Of a stretch of 35,906 nucleotides of DNA, positions 19,648-30,608 are shown one piece after another. The position numbers and the translations under genes were made by a program. The notes under the pieces were generated by a model. The model was not told the DNA's origin, made no database searches, and worked only from the letters and a program-made list of their open reading frames with translations. The stretch is from Myxococcota bacterium (lineage in GTDB: Bacteria; Myxococcota_A; Polyangia; Polyangiales; Sandaracinaceae): contig JAYZQJ010000018.1 in NCBI GenBank assembly GCA_036149055.1, positions 1-35,906 on the forward strand, read 5' to 3'. Numbering within the stretch: the first letter of the stretch is position 1; the number at the start of each line of letters is the position of its first letter.

Positions 19648-21567
19648 TCAGCTCGAGGGCGCCGACGCGGGGGCGAAGGCGTCGCCGGAGAACGTGATCA
19701 CCCGCGCCGGGCGGGCCGGGGTGCGCGACGGGCCGAGCCCGCCGCTCGCCGAGACGGTCTCGCGGCGGCCCTGGGTCGTCAGCCACTCGGCGACGCCGGC
19801 CCGGGTCGTCTCGCCGGCCACGACGGCGGCGCGGATGAGCTGGAAGGCGTCGTAGGCCTGGGCCGCGTAGGCGTCGGGCGCCTGGTCGAAGCGGGCGGTG
19901 AAGGCGTCGACGAAGGCGCGCCCGGGCCCGGTGGCGGTCGCGGCGTGGAAGGGGGTCGCGAAGAGCGCGCCCTGGAGGTAGCGAGACGCGCCGGCGGCCG
20001 CGCGATCGTCGATCGCCACCGAGGGCGCCATCAGGGTGATCGCGCGCCCGCCGCGCGGCGCCGCCTGCCCGGCCGGCGTGCTCCAGAGCCCGGCGGCCGC
20101 GAGCGCGGGCGCGATGAGGGAGAGCTGGCGCGCGGCGTCGGGCACGAAGAGCGCGTCGAAGCGCCGCTCGGCGATCCGGCCGACCACCTCGCCGAACGCG
20201 GTGGCGTTCGCCGGGTAGCGCTCGTCGGCGACCAGCTCGCCGCCCGCCGCGCGCACCGCCTCGGCGTAGGCCTCCGACATGGCCCGGCCGTACGCGTGGT
20301 CCGGGCGGAGCACCGCAAATCTGGTGGCGCCGCGCCGCCGCGCCGCCGCCACGAGCGCGGTCACCTCGCCCTGGGGCGAGGTCAAGAGCCGGAACGCCAT
20401 CGGCCCGGGGTCGGTGACGCGCGGATCCGGCACCAGGGTCAGGATCGGCACGCCGAGCTCCTGGGCGCGCTGGGCGGCGGCGCGCGCCGCGGCGCCCTCG
20501 AGCGGTCCGACGATCGCGATCGCCCGGTGCTCGGAGACCAGGTCCTCGACCGCGCGGGCGGCCCGCTCGGGATCGCCGCCGTCGTCCCGGAGCACGAGCT
20601 GCGGCGCGTCCGGCGCGGGCGGCCCCTGGGTCGGCGCGCCCGAGGCGAGCATCAGGCCGCGCACGGTGCGCTGCCCCACCTCGCGGCCCCGTCCGGTCAG
20701 CGGCACGATGGCGCCGATGACCCGCGGATCGGCGCGCTCGGTGCGCTCGGCGCGGACCGCCAGCTCGGCGAGCTCCTCGCTCATCGGGATCTGCCGCTGC
20801 CGGAGCTCGGTCACGATGGCCGAGACCCGGGCCATGTCGCCGGCGTCGAACGCGAGCCGGATCGCCCGCATCGCCACCTCCGGCCAGGCGGCGCCGTCGC
20901 GGGGGAGGGCGTCGTAGGCCTCCTCGATCGCCGCCGCGTCGCTCTCCGCGACCACCCGGCGGAGATCCTCGCGGGCCGCGCTCCGGTCCGCCTCGCCGAT
21001 CTCCTCGGCCGCGCCGAGCCGGTCGAGCGCCTCGAGCGCGAGCACGGTGCGCTGCTCCTGCTGGGCGGCCGCCGCGAGGGTCCGGAGCAGGAGCACCGTC
21101 TCGTCCGGGTCGGTGGTGCGCCCCACCAGGGGCTCGAGCAGCGCGAGGGCCTCGGCGTGGCGTCGCGACAGGTGGAGGGCGACGCCCTGGTAGAAGCGGC
21201 CGGCCTCGGCCGCGCGCTCGTCGTCGGAGGTCGCGACCTCGGCGAAGAGGGCGAGCGCCGCCTCCACGTCGCCGTTGGCGAGCAGCACCCGGCCGAGCCC
21301 GAGGCGCGCGACCGGCACGAGGGGGTCGCGGGGGTGCCGCTCGAGGAACGTCCGGTAGCCGCGCTCCGCGTCGTCGACCTGGCCCGCCTCCGCGGCGTCG
21401 CGCGCGGCCCGGAGATCGGCCTCGGCCTCGGGGTTCGAGGTGGTGATCGACGGGAGCGTGCCGAAGTCGTCCTGCCCGCTGCTGCGCGGGCACCCGGTGA
21501 CGGTGACCATGGCGGCGACCGCGACGAAGAGGCCGACGCGACGGAGGCGAGACGGACGGGTGCTCAT
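19648..21567 (-). CDS. LpoA-like lipoprotein (TPR region + type-1 periplasmic binding fold)
   Basis: Lipobox VTGC; TPR-like helices (YRTFLERHP, ARLGLGRVLL); IGAIVPLTG, AIVGPL, YGRAMSEAY, FDALFVPD, AAQAYDA. Confidence 0.8.
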   Translation of the reverse strand: MSTRPSRLRRVGLFVAVAAMVTVTGCPRSSGQDDFGTLPSITTSNPEAEADLRAARDAAEAGQVDDAERGYRTFLERHPRDPLVPVARLGLGRVLLANGDVEAALALFAEVATSDDERAAEAGRFYQGVALHLSRRHAEALALLEPLVGRTTDPDETVLLLRTLAAAAQQEQRTVLALEALDRLGAAEEIGEADRSAAREDLRRVVAESDAAAIEEAYDALPRDGAAWPEVAMRAIRLAFDAGDMARVSAIVTELRQRQIPMSEELAELAVRAERTERADPRVIGAIVPLTGRGREVGQRTVRGLMLASGAPTQGPPAPDAPQLVLRDDGGDPERAARAVEDLVSEHRAIAIVGPLEGAAARAAAQRAQELGVPILTLVPDPRVTDPGPMAFRLLTSPQGEVTALVAAARRRGATRFAVLRPDHAYGRAMSEAYAEAVRAAGGELVADERYPANATAFGEVVGRIAERRFDALFVPDAARQLSLIAPALAAAGLWSTPAGQAAPRGGRAITLMAPSVAIDDRAAAGASRYLQGALFATPFHAATATGPGRAFVDAFTARFDQAPDAYAAQAYDAFQLIRAAVVAGETTRAGVAEWLTTQGRRETVSASGGLGPSRTPARPARVITFSGDAFAPASAPSS

Positions 21568-21606
21568 GAACGGTCTTTCCCACCCGCGGCCAGCGCGGGC
21601 AAGATC

Positions 21607-21635
21607 GTGACAGAGGGGAGGGCGCGCGGCAGGCT
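21607..21635 (+). promoter_or_regulatory. Putative promoter directly abutting the start of the PFK-2/FBPase-2 gene
   Basis: GTGACA-17 nt-CAGGCT, then 6 nt to GTG 21642. Confidence 0.45.
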
Positions 21636-21641
21636 CCGGCG

Positions 21642-22880
21642 GTGAGCCTCCTCGACGGTCGGCGCGACCCCACGCGCCTCGCGCTGGTGATGGTCGGCCT
21701 GCCGGCGCGCGGCAAGACCCACATGGCCCGGCGCCTCGCGCGCTACCTCCGCTGGCTCGGGGTGAGCACCCGGGTCTTCAACGTCGGCAACTACCGTCGG
21801 CAGCGGCTCGGCAGCCACCAGAGCCACGACTTCTTCGACCCCGACAACCCCGAGGGGCGCGCCGCCCGCCGCGAGATGGCGATGGCGGCCCTCGAGGACA
21901 TGCTCGCGTGGTTCGCCTCCGGCGGCGAGGTGGGGCTCTACGACGCCACCAACACCACGGCCGAGCGCCGGCGCATCGTCGCCGATCGCATGCGGGCGCA
22001 CGGGCTGGACGTGGTCTTCGTGGAGTCGGTCTGCGAGGACGAGGCGGTCATCGCCTCCAACATCCGGCAGACCAAGCTCCGCATGCCCGACTACGCCGGG
22101 GTGAGCGAGGACGAGGCGGTCGCCGACTTCCGGGCCCGCATCGCGCACTACGAGCGGGTCTACGAGACCGTCGGCGAGTCCGAGGGCAGCTACGTCCGCG
22201 TGATCGACGTGGGGCGCAAGGTCGAGGCCCATCGGGTGCAGGGTTACCTCCCGTCGCGCCTCGTGCACTTCCTGATGAACCTCCACGTCGCCCCGCGCTC
22301 CATCTGGCTGACGCGCCACGGCGAGAGCACCTTCAACGTCGACAACCGGGTCGGCGGCGATCCGGGGCTGAGCCCGCGCGGGGAGCGGTTCGCCGAGGCG
22401 CTCGGCGGCTACGTGCGCGACCTCGACCCGTCCCGGCAGGGGATGCGGGTCTGGACCTCGACCCTGCGCCGCACCCGCGAGACCGCGGCGCGCATCGGCC
22501 TGCCGACCGAGGAGTGGCGCTCGCTCGACGAGATCGACGCCGGCGCCTGCGACGGCATGACCTACGACGAGATTCGCGAGGAGCTGCCGCGCGAGCACGC
22601 CGCCCGCCGCGAGAACAAGCTCGCCTACCGCTACCCGCGGGGCGAGTCGTACGTCGACGTGATCCGGCGGCTCGAGCCGGTGATCCTCGAGCTGGAGCGG
22701 GAGCGCCGGCCGGTCCTGGTGGTCGCTCACCAGGCGGTCCTGCGCGGCCTCTACGCGTATCTGATGGACCGCCCGCCCAAGGAGGTGCCCTATCTCCCGG
22801 TGCCGCTCCACACCGTGATCCGCCTGACGCCGATCACCTACGGCTGCGAGGAGGAGCGGATCGAGCTCGGCGCCCCTTGA
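21642..22880 (+). CDS. Bifunctional 6-phosphofructo-2-kinase / fructose-2,6-bisphosphatase (eukaryote-type PFKFB)
   Basis: Kinase domain: MVGLPARGKT, FNVGNYRR, YDATNTTAERR, FVESVC. Histidine phosphatase domain: IWLTRHGES, WTSTLRRT, LDEIDAGACDGMTY, YRYPRGESY, RLEPVILELER, VAHQAV. Confidence 0.93.
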   Translation: MSLLDGRRDPTRLALVMVGLPARGKTHMARRLARYLRWLGVSTRVFNVGNYRRQRLGSHQSHDFFDPDNPEGRAARREMAMAALEDMLAWFASGGEVGLYDATNTTAERRRIVADRMRAHGLDVVFVESVCEDEAVIASNIRQTKLRMPDYAGVSEDEAVADFRARIAHYERVYETVGESEGSYVRVIDVGRKVEAHRVQGYLPSRLVHFLMNLHVAPRSIWLTRHGESTFNVDNRVGGDPGLSPRGERFAEALGGYVRDLDPSRQGMRVWTSTLRRTRETAARIGLPTEEWRSLDEIDAGACDGMTYDEIREELPREHAARRENKLAYRYPRGESYVDVIRRLEPVILELERERRPVLVVAHQAVLRGLYAYLMDRPPKEVPYLPVPLHTVIRLTPITYGCEEERIELGAP

Positions 22881-22929
22881 TCCGGTGCCCGCCGGGCGGA
22901 TATGCCTGCGCCCCGGAGGGACCACCGTG

Positions 22930-23727
22930 ATGCACTGGAAGATGGCGGCCGGGGTGCTGGCCGTGTGTACGCTGCTGGCCAGCGCGAGCGTGGAGGCGCA
23001 GCGGCGTCGCCGGGGCAACCCCGAGCTCGACGCGGCCGTGGAGCAGCTTGGCGCCGACGACCGAGATCAGGTCCGCGCGGGCCTGGAGACGCTCGGCCTC
23101 ATGGGGGATCCGGGCGCGGTCGCGCCGATCTCGGAGCGCATCCGGCGCGGGCTCCCGCCCGACCTCCTCGACATCGCGGTCGACACCCTGACCATCCTCG
23201 GTCGGGCCGAGGCGGGGCCGATCCTCTTCGAGCTCGCGCGTCATCGCCGGGCCGGGATCCGCCTCAAGGCGGTGCAGGGCGTGGTCGCCACCCGCCCCCG
23301 GGGCGCGGCCCGCGTGCTGGTGGCCGCGCTCTCGGACACCGACGAGACGGTGCGGGCGGCCGCCGCGGAGGGCCTCGGCACCCTGGGCGCGCGCGAGGGG
23401 ATCGACGATCTCTTCCACGCGCTCGACCGTCGCGTGCCCAACGCGGCGATGGCCATCGGCCAGCTTGCGCGCCCGGCGGAGGTGGACCGCTTCCTCGGCT
23501 ACCTCGGCCAGCTCCCCTTCGACCAGGTGACCCCCGCGCTCAGCGAGATCCTGCACCGCGACGACCTCGCCGAGCGGGCCAAGCTCGCGGTCGTGCACCG
23601 CCTCACCGAGCTCGCCACCCCCGAGGTCCGGACCTTCCTCGAGGACTACGTGAGCGGGCTCGACCCGGACGATCGCTCGCAGGTGCGGCGCGCGGCCGAG
23701 GACGCCATCCCGAGGATCGGACAATGA
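22930..23727 (+). CDS. Secreted HEAT-repeat protein
   Basis: Signal peptide ending VEA-Q; HEAT units (LSDTDETVRAAAAEGLGTLG); GGAGG SD; start GTG 22927 or ATG 22930. Confidence 0.85.
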   Translation: MHWKMAAGVLAVCTLLASASVEAQRRRRGNPELDAAVEQLGADDRDQVRAGLETLGLMGDPGAVAPISERIRRGLPPDLLDIAVDTLTILGRAEAGPILFELARHRRAGIRLKAVQGVVATRPRGAARVLVAALSDTDETVRAAAAEGLGTLGAREGIDDLFHALDRRVPNAAMAIGQLARPAEVDRFLGYLGQLPFDQVTPALSEILHRDDLAERAKLAVVHRLTELATPEVRTFLEDYVSGLDPDDRSQVRRAAEDAIPRIGQ

Positions 23728-25526
23728 CGCGTGTGATGATGTTGTGTGTCGCGGCCGCGATGGTCGGCTGCGGCGGTGGCGCGGACGCGTTCCGGCCGAC
23801 CTTCCCGGACAACCGGAGCGACGCGCTCGGCGACATCGCCGCCCGGCTCGCCTCCGCGCCTCCCGCCTCCGACCGTCCGCTCGCGGTCGGCCTGACCGCG
23901 GAGCCGCATCGGCTCTACGCCTACGATCTCGAGGCCGGCCGGGTGCTGTGGGAGGAGGCGGTGAGCGAGCCGCAGTCGGCGCCGCACGTCGCCGGAGACC
24001 TCGTGATCCTGCACGAGGGCGGCCGGGTCGTCGGGCGGCGGGCCGCCGACGGACGCGTCGCCTTCCAGGTCGACGACACCCGCCTCTCGCTGATCGGCGC
24101 GGCCGGCGAGGGCGACCTCGCGGCGTTCGTGCTCTCCACCACCGGCGGCGTCGGCGCGCAGTCGCGCGTGTACGTGGTCCGGGGCGGCGGCGTCGTGGCG
24201 CACGCCGACGCCGAGGTGGCGGTCGGCGCGCCGGCGGTCCGCGGCGACCTCGTGATCGTGCCGTGGGGCAGCCAGAACGTCTCGTTCCTCGACGGCGTCA
24301 CCGGCGCCGAGGTCGCGCGCATGCGCTCGCTCGCCGGGGTCGTCAGCCACGCCACCGTGGAGGGCGGAGAGCTCTTCTTCGGCCAGGCCGGGGTCGGGCG
24401 CCTGACGCCGACCAGCGCGAGCGGCGCGGCCGAGGAGGTGGGCTGGGTCCAGCCGGAGACGACGCGCCTCCCGGGCAGCCCGCCGCTCTGGCGGAGCGCC
24501 TACGATCCGCCGGCCGGCCCGCGCAGCGCCGAGCACAAGATCCGGGTCTCCTTCGCCCCCCGCGGCGAGGGCGGCGCGGTCGGCTTCAGCGACGACACCC
24601 TCTACCTCTCGTTCTACCGGCTGATCTTCGGCCTCACGCCCGGCGATCTCTCGCCGCGCTTCGCCTACCAGCACCCGAGCGACGTGGTCGGGGCTCGCGC
24701 GATCGACGGCGGGGTCGTGGTCGCCGACGCCGGCGGCGGCGTGAGCTTCGTCGGCACCGACGGAAGGCCGCGCTGGAGCGTCGACACCGGCAAGGAGCCC
24801 ACCGTGGTGGCCCTGCGCCTGGGCGCCTTCCGGCCGCAGGGCAGCCCCGAGGGGGAGGCGAGCCTGCTCGCCGAGCAGCTCCTCTCGGTCGCCCAGAGCA
24901 CCGACGCCCGCCTGGTGCCGGGGCGCGCGTTCGCGGTCAGCGCGATGGCCGGCCTCGAGGACGAGGCGGTGACCGGGCACCTCATCGTGCTCTGCGACGA
25001 CCGCTCGATGCCCGAGGCCATCTGGCAGGCCGGCTGCGCCGCCCTCGGGCAGCGCACGAGCGGCGCGGCGTCGGTCCTCGCCGCGCTGCGTCGCCACGCC
25101 TCCTTCCTGGAGGACACGGTCGCGCCGGCGGTCGGGCCCCTGGCGACGGTGGCCGCGCGGCTCGAGCTGCGCGACGCGGTGCCGCTGCTGGTGGGGCACC
25201 TCTCGGACCCCGGCACCCGCGCCGAGGACGTGCCGGCGCTCGCCGAGGCGCTCGCGTCCTTCGAGGATCAGAGCGCGGCGCGCCCCCTGCGCGACTTCCT
25301 CTGGCTCTATCACGCGGAGGGTGAGGAGGCGCTCCAGGCGGGCCTCGTGGCCGTGGCGCGCGCGCTGATGGCGCTCTCCGGCCCGGCGGGGCGGGACGAC
25401 GTGCAGGAGGTGATCGACGCCCCCTTCACCGCCGCCGGCGTGCGCGCCCAGCTCGCCGAGGTCGTGCAGGCGCAGGCCCAGGCCGAGCAGCAGCAGGAGG
25501 CAGAGGCCGCGCAGGAGTCGGAGTGA
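23724..25526 (+). CDS. Lipoprotein with PQQ/BamB-like beta-propeller and C-terminal HEAT/alpha-solenoid
   Basis: Lipobox AMVGC; propeller blades (LYAYDLEAGRVLWE, FLDGVTGAEVAR, DGRPRWSVD); helical C-terminus (CAALGQR, AVPLLVGHLSDP). ATGA overlap. Confidence 0.8.
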   Translation: MTRVMMLCVAAAMVGCGGGADAFRPTFPDNRSDALGDIAARLASAPPASDRPLAVGLTAEPHRLYAYDLEAGRVLWEEAVSEPQSAPHVAGDLVILHEGGRVVGRRAADGRVAFQVDDTRLSLIGAAGEGDLAAFVLSTTGGVGAQSRVYVVRGGGVVAHADAEVAVGAPAVRGDLVIVPWGSQNVSFLDGVTGAEVARMRSLAGVVSHATVEGGELFFGQAGVGRLTPTSASGAAEEVGWVQPETTRLPGSPPLWRSAYDPPAGPRSAEHKIRVSFAPRGEGGAVGFSDDTLYLSFYRLIFGLTPGDLSPRFAYQHPSDVVGARAIDGGVVVADAGGGVSFVGTDGRPRWSVDTGKEPTVVALRLGAFRPQGSPEGEASLLAEQLLSVAQSTDARLVPGRAFAVSAMAGLEDEAVTGHLIVLCDDRSMPEAIWQAGCAALGQRTSGAASVLAALRRHASFLEDTVAPAVGPLATVAARLELRDAVPLLVGHLSDPGTRAEDVPALAEALASFEDQSAARPLRDFLWLYHAEGEEALQAGLVAVARALMALSGPAGRDDVQEVIDAPFTAAGVRAQLAEVVQAQAQAEQQQEAEAAQESE

Positions 25527-25999
25527 GGGCGCGCGGGCTCGCGCTCGGCCTGCTCCTCGTCGCCGCGTCGGCGGGGGCGCAGGCCGACGACGCGCTCGCG
25601 GCGACCGTCGATCCGGACCCGATGGAGCTCGCCCGCGCGGCGCGCCGGGCCGGCGACGCGGCGGTGCTCTCGCGGCTGGACGCGTCGATCACCGCCATCC
25701 GGGCTGCGCCGGAGCTGCCGGCGCCCGAGCTGGCCGTGCCCACGCTCGCCGACGTGGCCGCGGGGCGCGACCCGTGGCTCGCGCCCGCCGCCGCCCAGTC
25801 CCTGCTCCGCATCACCCGCGATCTCACCGCGCTCGGGCTCGACCGGCGCGAGGCCGACGTGGCCGGGCTGGTGGACGCGTCGGCTCGCCTCGGCGCGCTC
25901 GCCGACGACGAGACCGCGCGGGCCGATCTGCGGGTCGCCGCCCGGCTCGCCGCCGATCGGCTCAGCTCGCTGACGACCCGGCCCGCCACGCCCGGGTGA
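25523..25999 (+). CDS. Secreted alpha-helical (HEAT-like) hypothetical protein
   Basis: Signal peptide ending AGA-Q; GTGA overlap; AVPTLADVAAGRDPWLAPAAAQSL. Confidence 0.65.
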   Translation: MRARGLALGLLLVAASAGAQADDALAATVDPDPMELARAARRAGDAAVLSRLDASITAIRAAPELPAPELAVPTLADVAAGRDPWLAPAAAQSLLRITRDLTALGLDRREADVAGLVDASARLGALADDETARADLRVAARLAADRLSSLTTRPATPG

Positions 26000-26798
26000 G
26001 CGCGGCCAGCTCCTCGACGCTGAGCGTCTCGGGGCGGCGGCCGGGGTCGACGTCGGCCCGCGCGAAGGCGTCGGCGTCCACCCCGAGCTTCTTGAGCGAG
26101 TTGCGGAGCGTCTTGCGCCGCTGCTGGAAGGCCGCGCGCACGACCGCCCGGAAGTCGTCCGTCTCCTCCGCGCGCGGCGGGCTCAGCGGGGTCAGCTTCA
26201 CCACCGCGCTGTCGACCTTGGGAGGCGGGAAGAAGGCCCCCGAGGGCACCTTCACCACCGGGTCCACCTGGAAGCCGGCTTGCACGAAGACGGTGAGCGC
26301 GCCGTAGGTCTTGCTCCCCGGCGCGGCGAGCAGCCGGTCGCGCACCTCCTTCTGCACCATGATGACCGCCCGGCTGAGGGCGAGGCGGTGCTGGCAGAGG
26401 TTCTCGAGGATCGCGCCGGTGATCGCGTAGGGCAGGTTGCCGGCGAGCGCGATCGGGCCGTGCGCCCGTCGCAGCGCCTCGAGGTCCACGTTGGCCGCGT
26501 CGCCGCGCTCCACCCGGAGCGCCTCGACGTGCCCGAGCTCCGCCTGCAGGACCTCGATCATCTCGGGGTCGGCGTCGATGGCGAGGACGTTCGCCCCCCG
26601 CCGGAGCAGCGCCCCGGTGAGCGTCCCGAGGCCCGGGCCGAGCTCGACCGTCTGCTCGTCCGGCGTCGGCGCGAGCGCGGCCGCGATGGCGTCGACCGCG
26701 TGGCGCGACACGAGGAAGCTCTGGCTGAACTTCTTCTTCGGCGCGAGGCCGTGCCGCCCGAGCACGCGGCGCGGGTCTTCCCAGTCCGGTACCGTCAC
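25962..26798 (-). CDS. rsmA: 16S rRNA m6,2A dimethyltransferase KsgA/RsmA
   Basis: PKKKFSQSFL, VELGPGLGTLT, GNLPYAIT, MVQKEV, FFPPPKVDSAVV, AFQQRRKTLRNSL, RPETLS. The GTG start overlaps the DUF58 stop. Confidence 0.93.
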   Translation of the reverse strand: MTVPDWEDPRRVLGRHGLAPKKKFSQSFLVSRHAVDAIAAALAPTPDEQTVELGPGLGTLTGALLRRGANVLAIDADPEMIEVLQAELGHVEALRVERGDAANVDLEALRRAHGPIALAGNLPYAITGAILENLCQHRLALSRAVIMVQKEVRDRLLAAPGSKTYGALTVFVQAGFQVDPVVKVPSGAFFPPPKVDSAVVKLTPLSPPRAEETDDFRAVVRAAFQQRRKTLRNSLKKLGVDADAFARADVDPGRRPETLSVEELAALTRAWRAGSSAS

Positions 26799-28416
26799 GC
26801 CGCCCTCCGGCGCGTCGCGCGCTGCGCCTGCACGATCAGGATGCCCGGGCGGTCCGCCGCGGTGGCCCGGACCACCGCGCAGCCGAGCGGGGTGAGCGCC
26901 GCCTTCGCCTCGCGGAAGCGCCGCCGCTCGGAGCGCTGGTAGACGGTGTAGACGTCGCGCTCGAGGGGCGCGTCCGGCGCATCCACGAAGGTCGAGGCGT
27001 CCGGCACGATCAGCGAGACCGCGTGCCCGTGCATGCGGAGCAGCTTGGCCGCGCCGACCAGCGGGTCGAGGCCGCCGACCGCGTCGAGATCGCTGATGAG
27101 CACCACGCTCATCGGCGTGCGACTGGTGCCTCCGGCGGCCCGGAGCGCGGCGGCGAGGCCGGGCCCCTTGGCGCCGTCCCGCGGGTCGGGCCGGTAGGGG
27201 AGCGGGATGCCGCGGACGCGACAGAAGCGCCGGAAGAGCGCCCCCGCCTGACTGCTCGCGCGCACCGTGGCGTGGTCCTCGCTGTCCTCGAGCGCCTCGG
27301 TCACGTGCCGCACGAGCGGGGTGAGGTTCCAGCCGCGCCCGTCCTCCCGCGCGAAGTCCACCCCGTCCTGCTGGCGGACGTAGCGGCCGACGATGCTCGT
27401 GACCTCGGCGTCGTCGACGTCGGTGAGGTCCTCGTCCACCGCCTCGGTCGCGTCGAGCAGCGCCTCGAACGCGCGCAGGAGCTGGGGGCGGCCGTCGTTC
27501 GGCTGCACGTGGGTGAGGATCCGGCCGTCCACCGTCACGAGGCCGACCCGGTCGCCGGCGTCGAGGGTGCGACGCGCCTCCGCCGCGGCCGCCTCGACCG
27601 CGAAGTCGATCTTGCGCCGCCCGGGCTCGCCGCCTCGCATCGTGCCGCTCACGTCGACGATCACGTAGCGCGTCTCCTGCACCTCCTGCTCGACCTCGCG
27701 GACCATGAGCCGCCCGCGGCGGGCGCTCGCCTTCCACGCGATCGACTTGTAGGGGTCGCCGGGGCGCAGCTCGCGGAGCTCGCGCAGCTCGGTGCCGCTG
27801 CCGGCCGGGCTCAGGAGGCTCGCGCCGCTCCGCTCGACCGGCAGCCCGGTGATCGTGCGCGGCGCGCTGCGGGTCCGGAGCGCGGCCCGCGGCAGGACCT
27901 TGATGACGAGCGGGTTCGGGAAGTAGAGCGGCACCTCGAAGAGGCCGAGCGGGCCGGGCAGGGTGACCGCCAGCCCGTGCAGCACGACGCGCCCCGCGGC
28001 CGGGGCGACGATGCGGAAGGAGAACTCGGTGCGGGCGTTGGGGCCGAGCGCGAGCACGTCGCCGTCCTCGTCCACCCGCCGCGCGCCGCCGGGGGCCAGC
28101 GGCTCGAGCCGGCCGAGCATGAGACGCATCGCGCCCCGGTGACGGAGGAAGCCGCGCACGTCGAAGGGCTTGCCGGGCACCACCGCGCCGCCCCCCGAGC
28201 CGGGCTCGGCGTGGGCCAGCCACCAGGCGAACTCGAGCCGGTGACGGCGCACCCGCCGCCCGAGCGGCATCGTCATCGCCAGACAGAGCGAGAGCCCGAC
28301 CGCCCCCGCGCCGCCGAGCACGACCACCGGCCAGCTCACGGAGACGGCGCCGAGGCCGACGAGCAGGGCCACCCCGAGCGCGGCCGCCCACGCGGTGCGC
28401 GTGGGGATCGGGAGCA

Positions 28417-28417
<1 letters not shown>
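26795..28417 (-). CDS. DUF58 family protein (MoxR-associated, vWA-like) with N-terminal TM helices
   Basis: ELRELRPGDPYKSIAWKASAR, IVDVSGTM, GDRVGLV, VVLISD; TGATG coupling to moxR. Confidence 0.88.
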
Positions 28418-29381
<964 letters not shown>

Positions 29382-29385
<4 letters not shown>

Positions 29386-30608
29386 CCAACTTCCAGCGTG
29401 GAGAGTAGCTGCTCACCCTCCGCCACGAGCTGACGGAATCGGCGGGCCCCGATGTGGGGCGCGCCGGGAGGCTCATCCTGGGCCGCGCGGAGGCGGTCGA
29501 GCTCGAGCAGGAGGGTTCGCATGCGAGAGACGTCGGCCTCGCCGGCGCCGCGCGCGCGCATCGCGTCGAGCACGTCGCGGAGCAGGGTCCGCTCGCCGAG
29601 CCCGAGGTGCTCGAGGAGCGCGGCCTCGAGCTCGAACTTGTAGACCAAGAGCGGCGCGAGCAAGCTGACTTTCTTGCGGCCGAAGAAGGCCACCCGCCCG
29701 GCGAACCCGCCGACCGACGGCGCCCGCGCGAACATGCGGCTGGTGCGGTAGGGCGTCTGGCGGGGCAGGGCGCCGAACGCGAGCACCAGCGCGATCGCCG
29801 CCAGCGCGAGGGCGGCGATGCGGAGGGCGAGCGGGGGCAGCTCGAGGTGGGCGAGCGACTCGAGCGCGCTCCGGAGATCGTGGAGCGGCCGGTCGGCGCC
29901 CGGCTCGCCGAAGCGCCCGGCCAGGGTGGCCTCGGGCCCGATCACGTAGAGGGTGCCGCCGCGGCCGTCGTCCAGGTACGAGAGCAGGTTCTCGGCGAAG
30001 CGCCGGTTGTCCCGGAGCTCGAGCATGTTGTCGATGAGCACGCTCGGATCGGAGAGCACCACCAGCCGGCCCGAGCCCACGGCCCCCGCGAGCACCAGGG
30101 CCTCGCCCTCGGACAGCTCGAAGATCGGGGCGAGCTCCCGGTGATGCACCATCGCCGGGTGGTTGCTCCCGAGCGCCGCGACCCCCTCGGTGAGGCGATG
30201 CCGCCCCCGCGGACGCGCGAGGAGCAGCTCGGGGTTGCCGCGCAGCTGCGGGGCGCGCCGGGCGTCGGGCGCGGCTCGGGAGATCTGGAAGACCTCGAGG
30301 AGAGCGTCGCCGGCGCCGAAGTCGTCGGCCAGCGCGGCGCGTCCCCCCGCGCGCAGGAACGCGGTGACCGCCGGCGCGGGCAACGCCTCACGAGGGTGAA
30401 GTATCAGCAGCGAGTCGGTGGGCTGGAGCGTGCCGACGTCGAGGCGATCGGGGGTCTCGACCGGGATCTGGCGATCGCGTGCGATCTGAATCAGACGCGA
30501 TACGGAGTTCCACTCCCCCGAGTCGGTGGCGTAGTCGGGGCCCTGCGCGAGGGCGGGAGAAGCCCAGCCCGAGAGGACGAGCGCAGTCGTGACCCATGCC
30601 GCGCGCAC
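29382..30608 (-). CDS. DUF4350-like exported/membrane protein
   Basis: Signal peptide, FLRAGGRAALADDFG, GSGRLVVLSDPSVLIDNML, NRRFAENL, one TM helix. Typical first gene of MoxR-DUF58 operons. GTG start 30608. Confidence 0.75.

Noticed and set aside
16344..19697. Very long alternative-frame ORFs (1117 aa here; also 18947-21724, 8839-11292, 11169-13469, 31886-34405 and others)
   Set aside because: Arg/Gly/Pro-rich or antisense-in-register translations expected from stop-codon scarcity at high GC. Each overlaps a gene with clear family motifs.
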